From positions 1 through 40,768 of IMG/VR virus record IMGVR_UViG_3300024253_000039: a stretch of 40,768 bases of DNA. One strand, 5' to 3'. The notes beneath the pieces were generated by a model. The model did not search any database. It was not told where the DNA came from and was given only the letters and a program-made list of their open reading frames with translations. The position numbers and the translations under genes are program-made. Positions 1 to 9,973 of this stretch are shown here, piece after piece. Positions within the stretch are counted from its first letter, which is position 1. Every line of letters begins with the position of its first letter. The stretch comes from a virus. Lineage: Duplodnaviria; Caudoviricetes.

Positions 1-2331
1 GATATCTCCTTCACTTGCTCCGGTAGGAGCTGATGGCTGATAATAAGTTGTTATCTTTCCATCTGCGGTTGCTTGTGCCGTATTAGCAGCGGAGAGAGCC
101 GATTGTGCGGTAGTATCCGCAGCATTTGCCGTTGTCTGCGCCGCAGCGGCTGCATCCTTAGCACCCTGAATATCTGAGTCAATATCTTCAGCCCAATCTC
201 CAATATCTGTTTCAATTCCGGATGACAAGAAACGTATATTTCCAGATATGATTCCTTCATCGATATCAAAATATGTACTTCCTCCACCACTGCTTTCTAT
301 TCTCCCTGTTCTTATGAATTTTCCGTTAATCGTCGTAAATCCATACATCAGCGATATTGAACGTACCTGTAATTCTGAATCAACCGAATTTAATACGCCT
401 ATAAGGAAATGATAATAATTTGCGTCTTGTTCAGCCTGTATCTGCTGCGCCGAAAACAACATTGTTCCACCTGTGCCGTTTTTCTCACATTTTGCGTAAA
501 TGTAATATGCCTGAAAATCGTTTGTTACAGTAATATCTCCATTCTGCAAAACCCAATAACGCGGGTTATTGTCTTCATCTACGACAGCGTAATGAGTCAG
601 TGTTCCACCTTTATAAACGATCCTGTTTTTGTTGCCACCGTAATTTGGCTGAAAAACGGTCCCCACAAGTACGAATTGCATCGATTTTGCCCCTACTGAC
701 AACATCATTGTTTCGATCGACTGCGGCTTTATTTTGTCTGTATAATAGTCTCCTTCGACATCGAAAACCATCCCAAGCACTTCCTGCGCATTCAACCAGT
801 TCCTTCTCGCTTTTGCAACGTTTGCCAAATCGTTTATCTGTATAATCTTGTCAATGTCGATTAAATCCGATATTATTCTGTTATAAATCGATCTTGTAAC
901 AGCCAAATCGGATATCGTAAGGTTATAAGAACATTCTTTCAACAAATCCCGAGTAAATCCTTTTACACGAATAAGCTTATCGACTTCAAGATCATCATCC
1001 TTTATTGGTATATAATCTCCTACCCAGAAAATATTTGTTTCTACATCTGTCCCAAATGTTTTTTTCAAGAAAAATTCGTCTAATGTCAATGAATATTGCA
1101 CTTTAGGTTGACAGTTTTGTGATAAATATTCCTGTCCTTTTTCAAATAATTTTTGCTCTGCCGCATCAATATAGCTTTGCGGCATGGCAATATCTGTCAA
1201 CACATATTCGTCACCTGCGGCAAATCGAAATGCAGCTGACGTTGGCGACGGAAATTCCATGTCACGCTCGTCTTTAAAAGACTTTATTGTGAATGTCTTC
1301 GTAGCATGATCATATGAAGTTTCAAATTCGTATCCGGCGAGATTCCCTGTATTGAAATGCACTTTAGCCGGTGTTCCTGCAAGCAGATACTTCGTTGTTA
1401 CACCATCAGTCTCCTTTTCGTTCAAGTCGAAATCCATCGTGTTATCGACAAATTTCAATAACGTATCTCCAAGCGCCGTAACAATACCGATACGATGAGG
1501 ATAAATATCATCAAAATATTTTGCATTTTCCCAAACGCCATATTTTGTTATTGATGCAGTATCTTCAATAAAACTTTGCGATTTGCTTTTACCCGGTAAA
1601 CACAATCTTGTAGCTCTGTATTTTGACGAAATATTCTTTGTGCCTCCATATACCTTTAATCTGTTTACAATGTTCGAAGAAGAAACTTTTTCTCTCGTCA
1701 GTTCGTAAATACCCTTCCCTTTTCCGTATTGAAAAGTAAATGCGATTGTTTTCCCGGCTTGTCGTATATTTATTGTTCTTATACCGTTTTGCGCAATTGC
1801 AATTTCAAATTCCTGATTATATTCCTCACATAACCGCTGTAATATGGCAAGACAATTATCTGTTTCACTAAATGTAAGCGTTTTTGTTTCCGTATCATCC
1901 GGATATATACCAAGAATCCATTTTGCAGGGAAAACACGGTTTATGTTTGCAATAAGTACATCAAGAAACAATTTCATATTGCCGGTAAGTGCATCAGCGT
2001 ATAAATCGGATCCCGTCGTATCGATATTTATATCGTATGTTATCCTCGACAAGTCATACTGAACGCCTTCAAACTGAAGATCATACCTGAATTTGCTTTC
2101 AGATAATTTCGTTTCCTTCGGAGGGATATTTAACGTATAATCTCTACCTACAATAGTAATTTTATCGCCGATCTGGAAATATAACTTTGTTACCGATTCC
2201 AACGATATGTCCACAATATCATTCCCAAGCAATTCAACCGATTGTGATGCTCTTGTTACATTTATAACCGAACTTCTCTGTCTCAATGAAATTGTACTTC
2301 CATCTATATGTGTAATAATGAATTGTTCCAT
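1..2331 (-). CDS. Large tail tip / tail fibre-type protein, 3'-truncated by the window edge (>=777 aa); missing from the ORF track
   Basis: My translation is open from ATG at 2331 (MEQFIITHIDGSTISLRQRSS...) to base 1 (...TTYYQPSAPTGASEGDI). Contains 'FQYGKGKGIYEL', 'NRLKVYGGTKNI' and 'FDDIYP', typical of Bacteroidales phage tail proteins, then an Ala/Thr-rich coiled-coil segment. Lies downstream of the tape measure gene. Confidence 0.85.
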   Translation of the reverse strand, partial: MEQFIITHIDGSTISLRQRSSVINVTRASQSVELLGNDIVDISLESVTKLYFQIGDKITIVGRDYTLNIPPKETKLSESKFRYDLQFEGVQYDLSRITYDINIDTTGSDLYADALTGNMKLFLDVLIANINRVFPAKWILGIYPDDTETKTLTFSETDNCLAILQRLCEEYNQEFEIAIAQNGIRTINIRQAGKTIAFTFQYGKGKGIYELTREKVSSSNIVNRLKVYGGTKNISSKYRATRLCLPGKSKSQSFIEDTASITKYGVWENAKYFDDIYPHRIGIVTALGDTLLKFVDNTMDFDLNEKETDGVTTKYLLAGTPAKVHFNTGNLAGYEFETSYDHATKTFTIKSFKDERDMEFPSPTSAAFRFAAGDEYVLTDIAMPQSYIDAAEQKLFEKGQEYLSQNCQPKVQYSLTLDEFFLKKTFGTDVETNIFWVGDYIPIKDDDLEVDKLIRVKGFTRDLLKECSYNLTISDLAVTRSIYNRIISDLIDIDKIIQINDLANVAKARRNWLNAQEVLGMVFDVEGDYYTDKIKPQSIETMMLSVGAKSMQFVLVGTVFQPNYGGNKNRIVYKGGTLTHYAVVDEDNNPRYWVLQNGDITVTNDFQAYYIYAKCEKNGTGGTMLFSAQQIQAEQDANYYHFLIGVLNSVDSELQVRSISLMYGFTTINGKFIRTGRIESSGGGSTYFDIDEGIISGNIRFLSSGIETDIGDWAEDIDSDIQGAKDAAAAAQTTANAADTTAQSALSAANTAQATADGKITTYYQPSAPTGASEGDI

Positions 2332-2338
2332 ATTAATT

Positions 2339-3544
2339 TCAAATTTTTTCCCATACCACAATAGCGTTAGTTGAGAAGTATGTTATTTCATCAATACATC
2401 CGGTTATTACAGGGTAATAATCACCGTTTTGTGCATAATTATGCGATATGGTCAAATTTTCACCGCTAACATCAAAATCAACCGTGCCGTCACCCCAATA
2501 GATATTTACCATTTTTGTGGTGGTCATGGTGATTGTGCAAGTCTTTGTCGAATCACCAACCCGAATGTGTTTCAATATCCGCTTCACAGGTTCCGGTTCA
2601 ATCAAATTCAGCTTGAATGTACCTACCATCAAATTATCGTTCCATTTCTTGGATACGGCAATTTCGTCTTTACAATAAACCTCGTAAATAAGCGGTTTTG
2701 TGGGATGAATATCAATAACAATTCGTTGCGTGCCTGCACTATTAAAAAGTTGTTCAAATTTTGCAACTTTCATAACAAACTCACTCTTTGAATTTGCTTT
2801 AATAAAACACGAAAGGATAATCTTACGTGGTTCATAAAATTTATGATTAAGATCAACTACTTCACCGTGATAATTGTCCCACGAAAGAGAAGCAGGCTCT
2901 TTCAATTTCGGACGACTCACAACGCCTTCTGAATCGGAAACATATACGCCGTAATCTTTGAAATCGACTCCGTCAATAGTATAAGATTGCAACTTGCTTG
3001 CTTGTAACTCTGTAATTACCTCACTTTGAGATAATGCCACATTATAAATCTTTACATCATCAAGCAATCCCAATCCATAACTTCCACCATAGTAGTCCTG
3101 ATTCAGTGAAATTCCCAACAATGTACCGGCTTTATTTACTGTTTTAATCAATGAAGAATTGACATAAAAATTAAACATAGAACCACGCCGGATTAATCCA
3201 AAAGAAAACCATTTTCCTGGCTTTGCTTCAATAGGCACTTCAACGTAATTTTCCAAGCCTTGAAAATTTAAAAGCCAAATTAATTTTTTAGGCGTACCAC
3301 ATTCTATTTCAATGGTTTGAACCCATAACAACATTGAAAATTCCATTGCCATATTTGACATTATGTTGTTGGATACTTCACAAGTATCACCGCCGGAAAA
3401 GTCAATTGCATTACCATTCTTTCCGGCGACAAAAGTTGCCCCGAATACTTGCCCATCGGCGCGGCTTCTGCTGTAATCGTAAGCAACCAATGAACCTGCA
3501 GGTTCATCAAAAGGTAAATTCAGTATTATGTTATTTGAATCCAT
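2339..3544 (-). CDS. Tail protein: N-terminal LamG/ConA-like domain, distal-tail-like middle, C-terminal PKD-like domain
   Basis: LamG-like 'GKNGNAIDFSG...LLDDVKIYNVALSQSEV'; Dit-like 'IDGVDFKDYGV...RPKLK...WDNYHG'; PKD-like 'YWGDG...HNY...GDY'. Sits between the tape measure and tail tip genes. Confidence 0.7.
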   Translation of the reverse strand: MDSNNIILNLPFDEPAGSLVAYDYSRSRADGQVFGATFVAGKNGNAIDFSGGDTCEVSNNIMSNMAMEFSMLLWVQTIEIECGTPKKLIWLLNFQGLENYVEVPIEAKPGKWFSFGLIRRGSMFNFYVNSSLIKTVNKAGTLLGISLNQDYYGGSYGLGLLDDVKIYNVALSQSEVITELQASKLQSYTIDGVDFKDYGVYVSDSEGVVSRPKLKEPASLSWDNYHGEVVDLNHKFYEPRKIILSCFIKANSKSEFVMKVAKFEQLFNSAGTQRIVIDIHPTKPLIYEVYCKDEIAVSKKWNDNLMVGTFKLNLIEPEPVKRILKHIRVGDSTKTCTITMTTTKMVNIYWGDGTVDFDVSGENLTISHNYAQNGDYYPVITGCIDEITYFSTNAIVVWEKI

Positions 3545-3545
3545 A

Positions 3546-4058
3546 TCAATACGTTTTTTTATGTTTTTCTATTATTTTGACCATTGCCGAACCTGTTTTG
3601 GTTGAATGGATTGTTGCATTTCCGTATTTATTAATACACATTTTGGCATTGTCTTGGGCGTGAATCATAACAACGGCATTATCAAACACATCAACCATTA
3701 CAAATGCGTTGTCTTTTGCGATAATGTTCAAATCCGATTCATTCTTTACAAATACTTCCGAAACACCAAATCCGTTTATTTCAACACGTCCTTTTGTAGC
3801 TCCCAGTGCAATGCACTTTTCCGCATTAACCAAATCGATGGTATCATCCAAAAATATCCCAAGATCTTCCATCATGCCCTTAAAATTGGCACGTATATAG
3901 TCGTTGTTCGGGAAATCGTTTGCAAGGCAAAAGTCAATGCCTTCCAAATACATCCGGACCATTGCCCTTTTGTCGTCAAGCGTTTTTAATTCTTTATACC
4001 AAGATTCACATATTCCTTTTCTTTTGGCTTCCTTGGCGAGTTCTTTTGATAACTTCAT
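3546..4058 (-). CDS. Conserved phage hypothetical protein (170 aa) following the tape measure gene
   Basis: Likely start MKLSKELAKEAKRKGIC at 4058, which avoids overlap with the TMP gene; beta-rich repetitive C-terminus. Confidence 0.7.
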   Translation of the reverse strand: MKLSKELAKEAKRKGICESWYKELKTLDDKRAMVRMYLEGIDFCLANDFPNNDYIRANFKGMMEDLGIFLDDTIDLVNAEKCIALGATKGRVEINGFGVSEVFVKNESDLNIIAKDNAFVMVDVFDNAVVMIHAQDNAKMCINKYGNATIHSTKTGSAMVKIIEKHKKTY

Positions 4059-4065
4059 ATCTTTA

Positions 4066-4082
4066 AGTATTATAGTGACACA
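4066..4082. promoter_or_regulatory. Degenerate copy of the TGTATTA-N3-TAATACA palindrome
   Basis: AGTATTATAGTGACACA; 14/17 identical to the 13119 copy; intergenic, 7 nt from the ATG at 4058. Confidence 0.45.
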
Positions 4083-4089
4083 CATTGGT

Positions 4090-7000
4090 TTACGACAAAC
4101 CCTGCGAACGCAACGAATTGCTTGATTGCGCTTCAAGTAATGTTACAATTCTGTCAAGTTTGGTCAAATGAACATTATACGACGTGTTTTGCGCAATAAC
4201 CGACAAATTCATTAGCTGCTGCCGCAAAATATCTGTTGCTTCAATCTGATTGATCCGCATTGCGTTCATTTGCCCTGCCAGGATGCTTGCAGTTTCTTCT
4301 GTTACTCCTTTTACTGCACCCGTTAAAGATACATCTGCTTCCGGAGTTTCGATATCCTGAAATATTTTCTCGTATTGACCCAATGCATTATTGAATCCAT
4401 TTGTTATCGTTGAAACCTGTGCTTTGAATGCTGCTATTTCTGCATCTGTAAGTGTGTCGAACACAAATTTATCGCCTTCCCAATATCCCATCGATTTTTC
4501 CAAGCTGTCCAATGCACCTTGCAGTTGTGTTTCGAGAAAATTCTTTTTCAATTGATTCAAAACGGCTTGCTTGATAATATTATCTACCGTGTCGCCAAAT
4601 GCGCCTGCCGCATCTTCACCCTTGCTGAAAGCATTTACCAATGCATCGCCCAATTCGTCCGCAAAGCTTTTTGCATCCGTTTGAAGTATATCTGCCGAAA
4701 TTTCATCCAACATATCCTGAATATCGCGTCCCAATTGATCGTATTGGTCTTTATACTCGTTGACTTTATCCGAATCCGTTTTTTTCTTTTTTTCTTCAGC
4801 TTCCCACATTGCTTTTAGTTGCTTCCTCTGATCTTCCATGTTGGCAATTGCTGCCTGCTGTTGCTTGTAAACGTCGCTTCCTAATGCTTTATCAATCTCC
4901 CACGATAATTGTGCATATGCTGCCTGAAGTCTACCGACTGCTTCTGCGTGTTTTTGAATGGATTTTTCAATTTTCCTGTCTTTGCTGCCAAATATTGAAG
5001 AAACAACATTTGCAACGGCCTGAACAGCAGCTAATGCTGCCTGTATGATCGCAAGGACAACACTTGCCTTTTCCGCCGTTTTTATTGCCGTCGCTGTTGC
5101 TATTGCCACGCTTGCAACCGTTGACAATGAAGAAATTGCAGTTTCACCTACTTCGCCGATCGCATCTTTTAAAAAATCGGCGGAATCGATTGCATTAAAT
5201 ATGAAATCAAAGCTTCCTTCTGTAGCTTCTGCAAGTTGTTTCCAATTTTGTTTTATTTTTTGTGCAGAATCTTTGGAATCTTCACCGGCATCATCAAATA
5301 TTGCTTTCAGGCTTTCACCTACCTGTTTAAACGGATTATCTGCAATCAATATCCGTCTTGCCTCATTCAATTTATCCCGTATTGCGTTCAAATCTATCGG
5401 ATCGAACACTCCCGATAAATCTTCGAATTTTGATTCTATCTCATTTATTAAAACTGTTATTTGTTGTGCCGTTAATTCATCAAGATTACCGAATAAATTT
5501 GTCCATGCTTCTGTTCCTGTAAGCTCTTCACTTGCAAGGGCAGAAATAGCTTTTGCTTGCGCTTCATTCAGCTTTGAAATCAATTCTTCATTGTTATGCT
5601 CTTGTGCAATTCTTCGTTTCTCGTCATATTCATCGATAATTTCTTGTTTTTTTTGTTCAAACGTACCATATGCGTTCAACATTTCATCATATTCTACGTC
5701 TCCTGTTCCCTTTGATTCTTGTTCATAACGTTTTTTGCGATTAGCTATTGCTCTTTCTGCCTGTTCCCGCTCGGCATCGGATGTTGCTTCCAGCCTTCGT
5801 TTTTCGAGTAATGCCAAATCGTTGTTGTAATCCGTTTCCAGCTTTATTTTCCTGTCGATGTACGATGCATAATCTTCCAATAATTGTTCTGTCTCTTTTT
5901 TCAATTGTTCTTTTGCTGTTTTTTCAGCTTCGTCAAGGGATTCACCTTTTGCCGTGTCTATTTCCGTTCCATCGTTCGCCAATTCCTTTCGCCTTTTCTC
6001 AATGATGTTCAACATTTCGATAACGTTGTTTGCATTATTCAATTGATCTGACAACTCTGTATTGAATGCTTCCAATACTGTTTTCTTTGTTTCTTCAGCT
6101 ATTTGATCATTGAGCATGCGTAATTGAGCATTTTGCTCTTTTGTGCGGCTTTCTATGTCAACAGAAAGGATAATATCACGCTGTCTTTTAAGATAATCGA
6201 TATATGTTTCTCCTTCTTTTAAAAGGCCATCAAATTCTTTGTTTGCTGCCCTGACAATAGCCTCATCTCCCGAATTTATCCACTTGTAAAACCTGGCATA
6301 TTCGCTTTTGTATTTTTCGAGCTTTTCCAAAAACGGATCTTTTCCGGTCGTTTTACTTTCAGCGCTTTTAGCACCTGTAAGACGTTCTAACTGTTTTTGC
6401 CAATCCGTTATTTGTTTGTTTGCTTCTTGAATAGCTTTTGGATCGGAAAGTTTTTTAATATATGCCTGTTTTTCGGAAATCATTTTTTCGTACCACCCGA
6501 CAGTAAATTTCTCATATTCGTCACTTTCTTTAATATCGATATTTTTCAAAATATCGAACCCTTTTAATTCTTCTGCCGCTGCGTTTTCATAACCACGTTT
6601 AATTTCTTCTTTAAGATCTTCCAATTCTTTTTTCTTTTTTGTTTTGACGGTATTTTCCGTTTCGTATGAATATCCGATGCCAAACATTCCGTAAGAAGCA
6701 GCAACGGTTTTGGTATCACTCATTTTGGAAATTTCCTGCTCCAACTCCATTTGCTTCTTTACTTTTTCCATCGATTGCTGCAGATAGATGGACGCTTTTG
6801 CTTTAGCAATTTGAGCATCAATAAATGCATCTTTGTTTTTAACCAACAAATTTTCAGCATCGGCAACATCATTCACCGATGCACCCAATTCGTCGAATGC
6901 CTTCCTATTTTCGTCTATAAAGCGTTTTTTTGCATCAAGATTATCCCCGAGAGCGGTCCATTTTGCCGACAACATCTCGATTGTACCAATCGGTTTATAG

Positions 7001-8190
7001 GCTCCTTCAATGATCGCTTCACTGAATTCTTCTTGTGCTTTCTTTGCTTCACGCTGTTTTTTCGTCAGCAAACCTACCGCCGTTGCAAGAGCAGCAACTC
7101 CTGTAATTATCCACCCGAATACCGGAATTGATTTAATAGCTAATCCAACTGCCCGAAATGCACCTGCGAGTGTCAAGTTTGCCGCTGTCCCCGTTGTTGC
7201 TGCAACCGTGTTTGCTGCTTTACCTGCCGTATCCAATGTTTCTGCAGCTGCCGATTCTCCGGTTGCTGCCGCATTGGCTTGTTTCGCTGCTGTATTAGCC
7301 GTTGTTGCAACAGTTTCTGCAGTTTCTGCAACCGTTGCCTTTTCAACTATCTTGCGCCACCATTCTTTTAAACCGTTCAGGGTTACAAGTTGGAATGCGG
7401 AATCTTTATTCAACGTTTGTGAAACTTGTTGTAATCCGATCGTTATGGCCATAACAGATTGTACCTTTGTCATCACCTTTTGCAAATCATCATTCTCACC
7501 CGCAAACAAAGAAACTGCACCTGTTACTGCCGAAAAACCACCGGCTAAACCTGAAAGTCCACTTATAATTCCTTGAAATTGCGCCTCATCATTTGCAAGT
7601 GTTCTTCCCTGCTGCTGCACATCCATTTGTATATCGGTAAGACGTCCAAGTTCATTTTTCAACCGTTGATAAGCCTCTGATTGTTCGTCAATGCCCTGGT
7701 CAACAAGACGCATCATTTCTTCACGCAATTCCCTTATACGTGTACGCATAGATACTTGCGTGTTTGCGTTTTCTTCTTGTTTTTGCGCCAGATTTTCAAG
7801 CGCATTGGATTGTTCACGCAGCGTTTGCAATTCTTTTTCTCTGACAACTATTTCCCCCTTTATTGCTGCCTGTTGTTTCGTGATTGCATTGTATTCTTCG
7901 TCTCTACCTGCATTAAATGCTATTGCGGCTTGTTGCCCGAGACGCCGATATTCGGCTTCGAGTTTTTGTAATTCTGCTTCATGCAATTCGCAAGCGGCTC
8001 CTATCTGGCTTAATGCATTCCTTATTTCTTCAGCTGTCGAATAAAATGCAGCATCCATTTTTTTGCCTCCTGCAACGGTTCCATCAGATAGTCCCTGAAT
8101 ACGACGCATTGTTTCCTCAATAGCCGCATTCATTTTTTCATTATCGAGCGAAGCATCAAAATGCAATCCGCCACCTCCAATTTCTGCCAT
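4090..8190 (-). CDS. Tail tape measure protein (1366 aa)
   Basis: Long helical/coiled-coil Ala/Glu/Lys-rich protein with hydrophobic Gly/Ala segments; directly after the tail chaperone genes. Confidence 0.9.
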   Translation of the reverse strand: MAEIGGGGLHFDASLDNEKMNAAIEETMRRIQGLSDGTVAGGKKMDAAFYSTAEEIRNALSQIGAACELHEAELQKLEAEYRRLGQQAAIAFNAGRDEEYNAITKQQAAIKGEIVVREKELQTLREQSNALENLAQKQEENANTQVSMRTRIRELREEMMRLVDQGIDEQSEAYQRLKNELGRLTDIQMDVQQQGRTLANDEAQFQGIISGLSGLAGGFSAVTGAVSLFAGENDDLQKVMTKVQSVMAITIGLQQVSQTLNKDSAFQLVTLNGLKEWWRKIVEKATVAETAETVATTANTAAKQANAAATGESAAAETLDTAGKAANTVAATTGTAANLTLAGAFRAVGLAIKSIPVFGWIITGVAALATAVGLLTKKQREAKKAQEEFSEAIIEGAYKPIGTIEMLSAKWTALGDNLDAKKRFIDENRKAFDELGASVNDVADAENLLVKNKDAFIDAQIAKAKASIYLQQSMEKVKKQMELEQEISKMSDTKTVAASYGMFGIGYSYETENTVKTKKKKELEDLKEEIKRGYENAAAEELKGFDILKNIDIKESDEYEKFTVGWYEKMISEKQAYIKKLSDPKAIQEANKQITDWQKQLERLTGAKSAESKTTGKDPFLEKLEKYKSEYARFYKWINSGDEAIVRAANKEFDGLLKEGETYIDYLKRQRDIILSVDIESRTKEQNAQLRMLNDQIAEETKKTVLEAFNTELSDQLNNANNVIEMLNIIEKRRKELANDGTEIDTAKGESLDEAEKTAKEQLKKETEQLLEDYASYIDRKIKLETDYNNDLALLEKRRLEATSDAEREQAERAIANRKKRYEQESKGTGDVEYDEMLNAYGTFEQKKQEIIDEYDEKRRIAQEHNNEELISKLNEAQAKAISALASEELTGTEAWTNLFGNLDELTAQQITVLINEIESKFEDLSGVFDPIDLNAIRDKLNEARRILIADNPFKQVGESLKAIFDDAGEDSKDSAQKIKQNWKQLAEATEGSFDFIFNAIDSADFLKDAIGEVGETAISSLSTVASVAIATATAIKTAEKASVVLAIIQAALAAVQAVANVVSSIFGSKDRKIEKSIQKHAEAVGRLQAAYAQLSWEIDKALGSDVYKQQQAAIANMEDQRKQLKAMWEAEEKKKKTDSDKVNEYKDQYDQLGRDIQDMLDEISADILQTDAKSFADELGDALVNAFSKGEDAAGAFGDTVDNIIKQAVLNQLKKNFLETQLQGALDSLEKSMGYWEGDKFVFDTLTDAEIAAFKAQVSTITNGFNNALGQYEKIFQDIETPEADVSLTGAVKGVTEETASILAGQMNAMRINQIEATDILRQQLMNLSVIAQNTSYNVHLTKLDRIVTLLEAQSSNSLRSQGLS

Positions 8191-8198
8191 AATTCGTT

Positions 8199-8477
8199 TT
8201 ACATTAAGCTGTTCACGTAATTCATTATATTTTCACTGTTGTTTTCTGTCAGTTCAATTTCATCGTCTGCTTCTATATCGTAGCTCGGAGCATCAATCAT
8301 CATCCGTTGCACCAATCCCCACGCAATGCCATTTACCAAATAATCATAAGTCCACCCGAAGTGCGCACAAATAGCACCCCTGCGACCGTGCGGACTGTTT
8401 AGACCTCGTTGTTTTCCTCTATCCGATCCGGCATTGTGCTTCGGTCGCTTGACATCAATCGAATAGAGTTCAAAAAA
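8199..8477 (-). CDS. Tail assembly chaperone frameshift extension (gpT-like), reached by -1 frameshift from 8399..8968
   Basis: The -1 frame opens just after a TAA upstream of T TTT TTG (8471..8477) and reads ...GLNSPHGRRGAICAHFGWTYDYLVNGIAWGLVQRMMIDAPSY...YVNSLM* to 8199. It fills the gap before the TMP gene. Confidence 0.75.
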   Translation of the reverse strand, partial: FFELYSIDVKRPKHNAGSDRGKQRGLNSPHGRRGAICAHFGWTYDYLVNGIAWGLVQRMMIDAPSYDIEADDEIELTENNSENIMNYVNSLM

Positions 8478-8968
8478 TCCCCCAGGTTACACATTGCGTT
8501 TATCAATACGGTTAATTGATAAAGCTCTGATGGCTTTATTTTCCTTGCGAACAATTCTGTTAATTCTTCAAGTCTCTTTGTATCTTCTATGTAATGCACA
8601 GTTCCGCCTTTTCCGGGTGTAGGTATCAAATAATCAGAACCCAAAACGGCAATAGCAACAACCCTTGCACATCGTATTGCATGTTTGTGAACGATAGTTT
8701 TTGCCTTCTGCATTCCGTCTTCTGATTTTAAAGCAACTTCATCAATGGCAAACTCTATCCATTCTGCCGAAAGGCGGTCAAGTGTTCCAAGTGTTGGTTC
8801 TTCGATTTTGAATTGCTTGCGGATCTTAACCGGAACACGCTTTTTGAGCAATCCCCAAAAGCGTTTTTTTTCCTCAAATTCCGTATCCTCAACCTCAAAT
8901 TGTACTCCTTTGTTTATAAGCACATTCAGTTCGGCTTTCTCTTGTTCAAGTGTCTTTTTTTCGTCCAT
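8399..8968 (-). CDS. Tail assembly chaperone (gpG-like)
   Basis: Between tail tube and tape measure genes; carries a slippery heptamer near its 3' end. Confidence 0.8.
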   Translation of the reverse strand: MDEKKTLEQEKAELNVLINKGVQFEVEDTEFEEKKRFWGLLKKRVPVKIRKQFKIEEPTLGTLDRLSAEWIEFAIDEVALKSEDGMQKAKTIVHKHAIRCARVVAIAVLGSDYLIPTPGKGGTVHYIEDTKRLEELTELFARKIKPSELYQLTVLINAMCNLGDFLNSIRLMSSDRSTMPDRIEENNEV

Positions 8969-8982
8969 TGTCGTTTTTTAGT

Positions 8983-9020
8983 AAAAAAGCCCCGAAAACG
9001 ATATAAGTTTTGGGGCTTTC
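8983..9020 (-). terminator. Rho-independent terminator/attenuator after the tail tube gene
   Basis: Minus strand reads GAAAGCCCCAAAAC-TTATATC-GTTTTCGGGGCTTTTTT: a GC stem followed by a U-run. Confidence 0.75.
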
Positions 9021-9044
9021 GGCGTTTATACATACTTTTTCATG

Positions 9045-9542
9045 TTATGGTTTTGGAACCGCTCTAATAGCTTTCCCGCTTGTAACAGACATAGGGGTAA
9101 CGGTGAAGTCGATCAGAAAGATACCCTTAGCCGATACATCTGCATTGATTACCGCCTCAATATCACCGTTCGGAATTTCAAAGTCGAGTCCCTGTTCTGT
9201 TTCAACTAAAACAGCTTTGTTGGCAACAATTTCATCGCCATCAAATCCCCACTTTGGCGCAAGATCAGTACCAATGTTCTCCCCGCCGATATAATCAATC
9301 AGCGCCTGAACATCGGCATCCATAATTGAAAACGTCAATTTCGGTATTTTCTTTTGTTTTTTGCGCACTTCCGGGGCCGATTTACCTTCTTCGAAATGTT
9401 CGGTAACTTCAGCAGCATCTTGTACAATCTTTGCGGTATCTTTGTATGTTTTGCCAATTTTTGCCATAGTAGTCGGCATTACACCGTCAGGTGCCGCTTC
9501 ACCAACCTTAATTTGTGCTAATCCTAATGTTATTAAGCTCAT
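9045..9542 (-). CDS. Major tail (tube) protein
   Basis: Likely start MSLITLGLAQIKVG at 9542 (165 aa); beta-rich; positioned between the tail terminator and chaperone genes and followed by a terminator. Confidence 0.8.
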   Translation of the reverse strand: MSLITLGLAQIKVGEAAPDGVMPTTMAKIGKTYKDTAKIVQDAAEVTEHFEEGKSAPEVRKKQKKIPKLTFSIMDADVQALIDYIGGENIGTDLAPKWGFDGDEIVANKAVLVETEQGLDFEIPNGDIEAVINADVSAKGIFLIDFTVTPMSVTSGKAIRAVPKP

Positions 9543-9553
9543 AATAATAATTT

Positions 9554-9973
9554 TTAGTTTGTTTGTATGTTCCAATTTATCCGAATATTAACGAAATGTT
9601 GATTTACACTCGGTTCTGCCAATATGGTTTGACTGGCAAGTATAATTTTCAACCCTGTTATATTCGCATTTCTTAATGTTTCAATTGTCATATTCGACAA
9701 CTCTTTCAATCGTGTGCGATTCGCTTTCAATTGTTGTTTCCCGCCAATTGTAACTACTTTGTCCGGGACAAATATGTTTACATTTGATGTCCCTGTTTGA
9801 GGCAAATAATCCTGATTCAAATCGATACTGTTTACGACAATGTCTTCTTTCGTAGAATCATCAGGACGATCATCACCGACGTAAATGCCGCCGGTTATTG
9901 CGGCACTTACGGGTGACTCTCGCAACAATGAAAAAAGAAAGGTATCTGTATCAAACGTAGTCTTCATACCCAC
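9554..9973 (-). CDS. Putative tail terminator / tail completion protein
   Basis: 'ITGGIYVGDDRPDDSTKEDIVVN...VNIFVPD'; directly upstream of the tail tube gene. Confidence 0.65.
   Translation of the reverse strand: MGMKTTFDTDTFLFSLLRESPVSAAITGGIYVGDDRPDDSTKEDIVVNSIDLNQDYLPQTGTSNVNIFVPDKVVTIGGKQQLKANRTRLKELSNMTIETLRNANITGLKIILASQTILAEPSVNQHFVNIRINWNIQTN

Noticed and set aside
51-2062. Short track ORFs (51..290, 409..699, 600..845, 1844..2062)
   Set aside because: They overlap the long minus-strand tail gene and have unnatural composition.
7170-7340. GCT/GCA/GTT-rich quasi-repeats in the tape measure gene
   Set aside because: They encode an Ala/Thr-rich protein segment; not a CRISPR array or regular DNA repeat.
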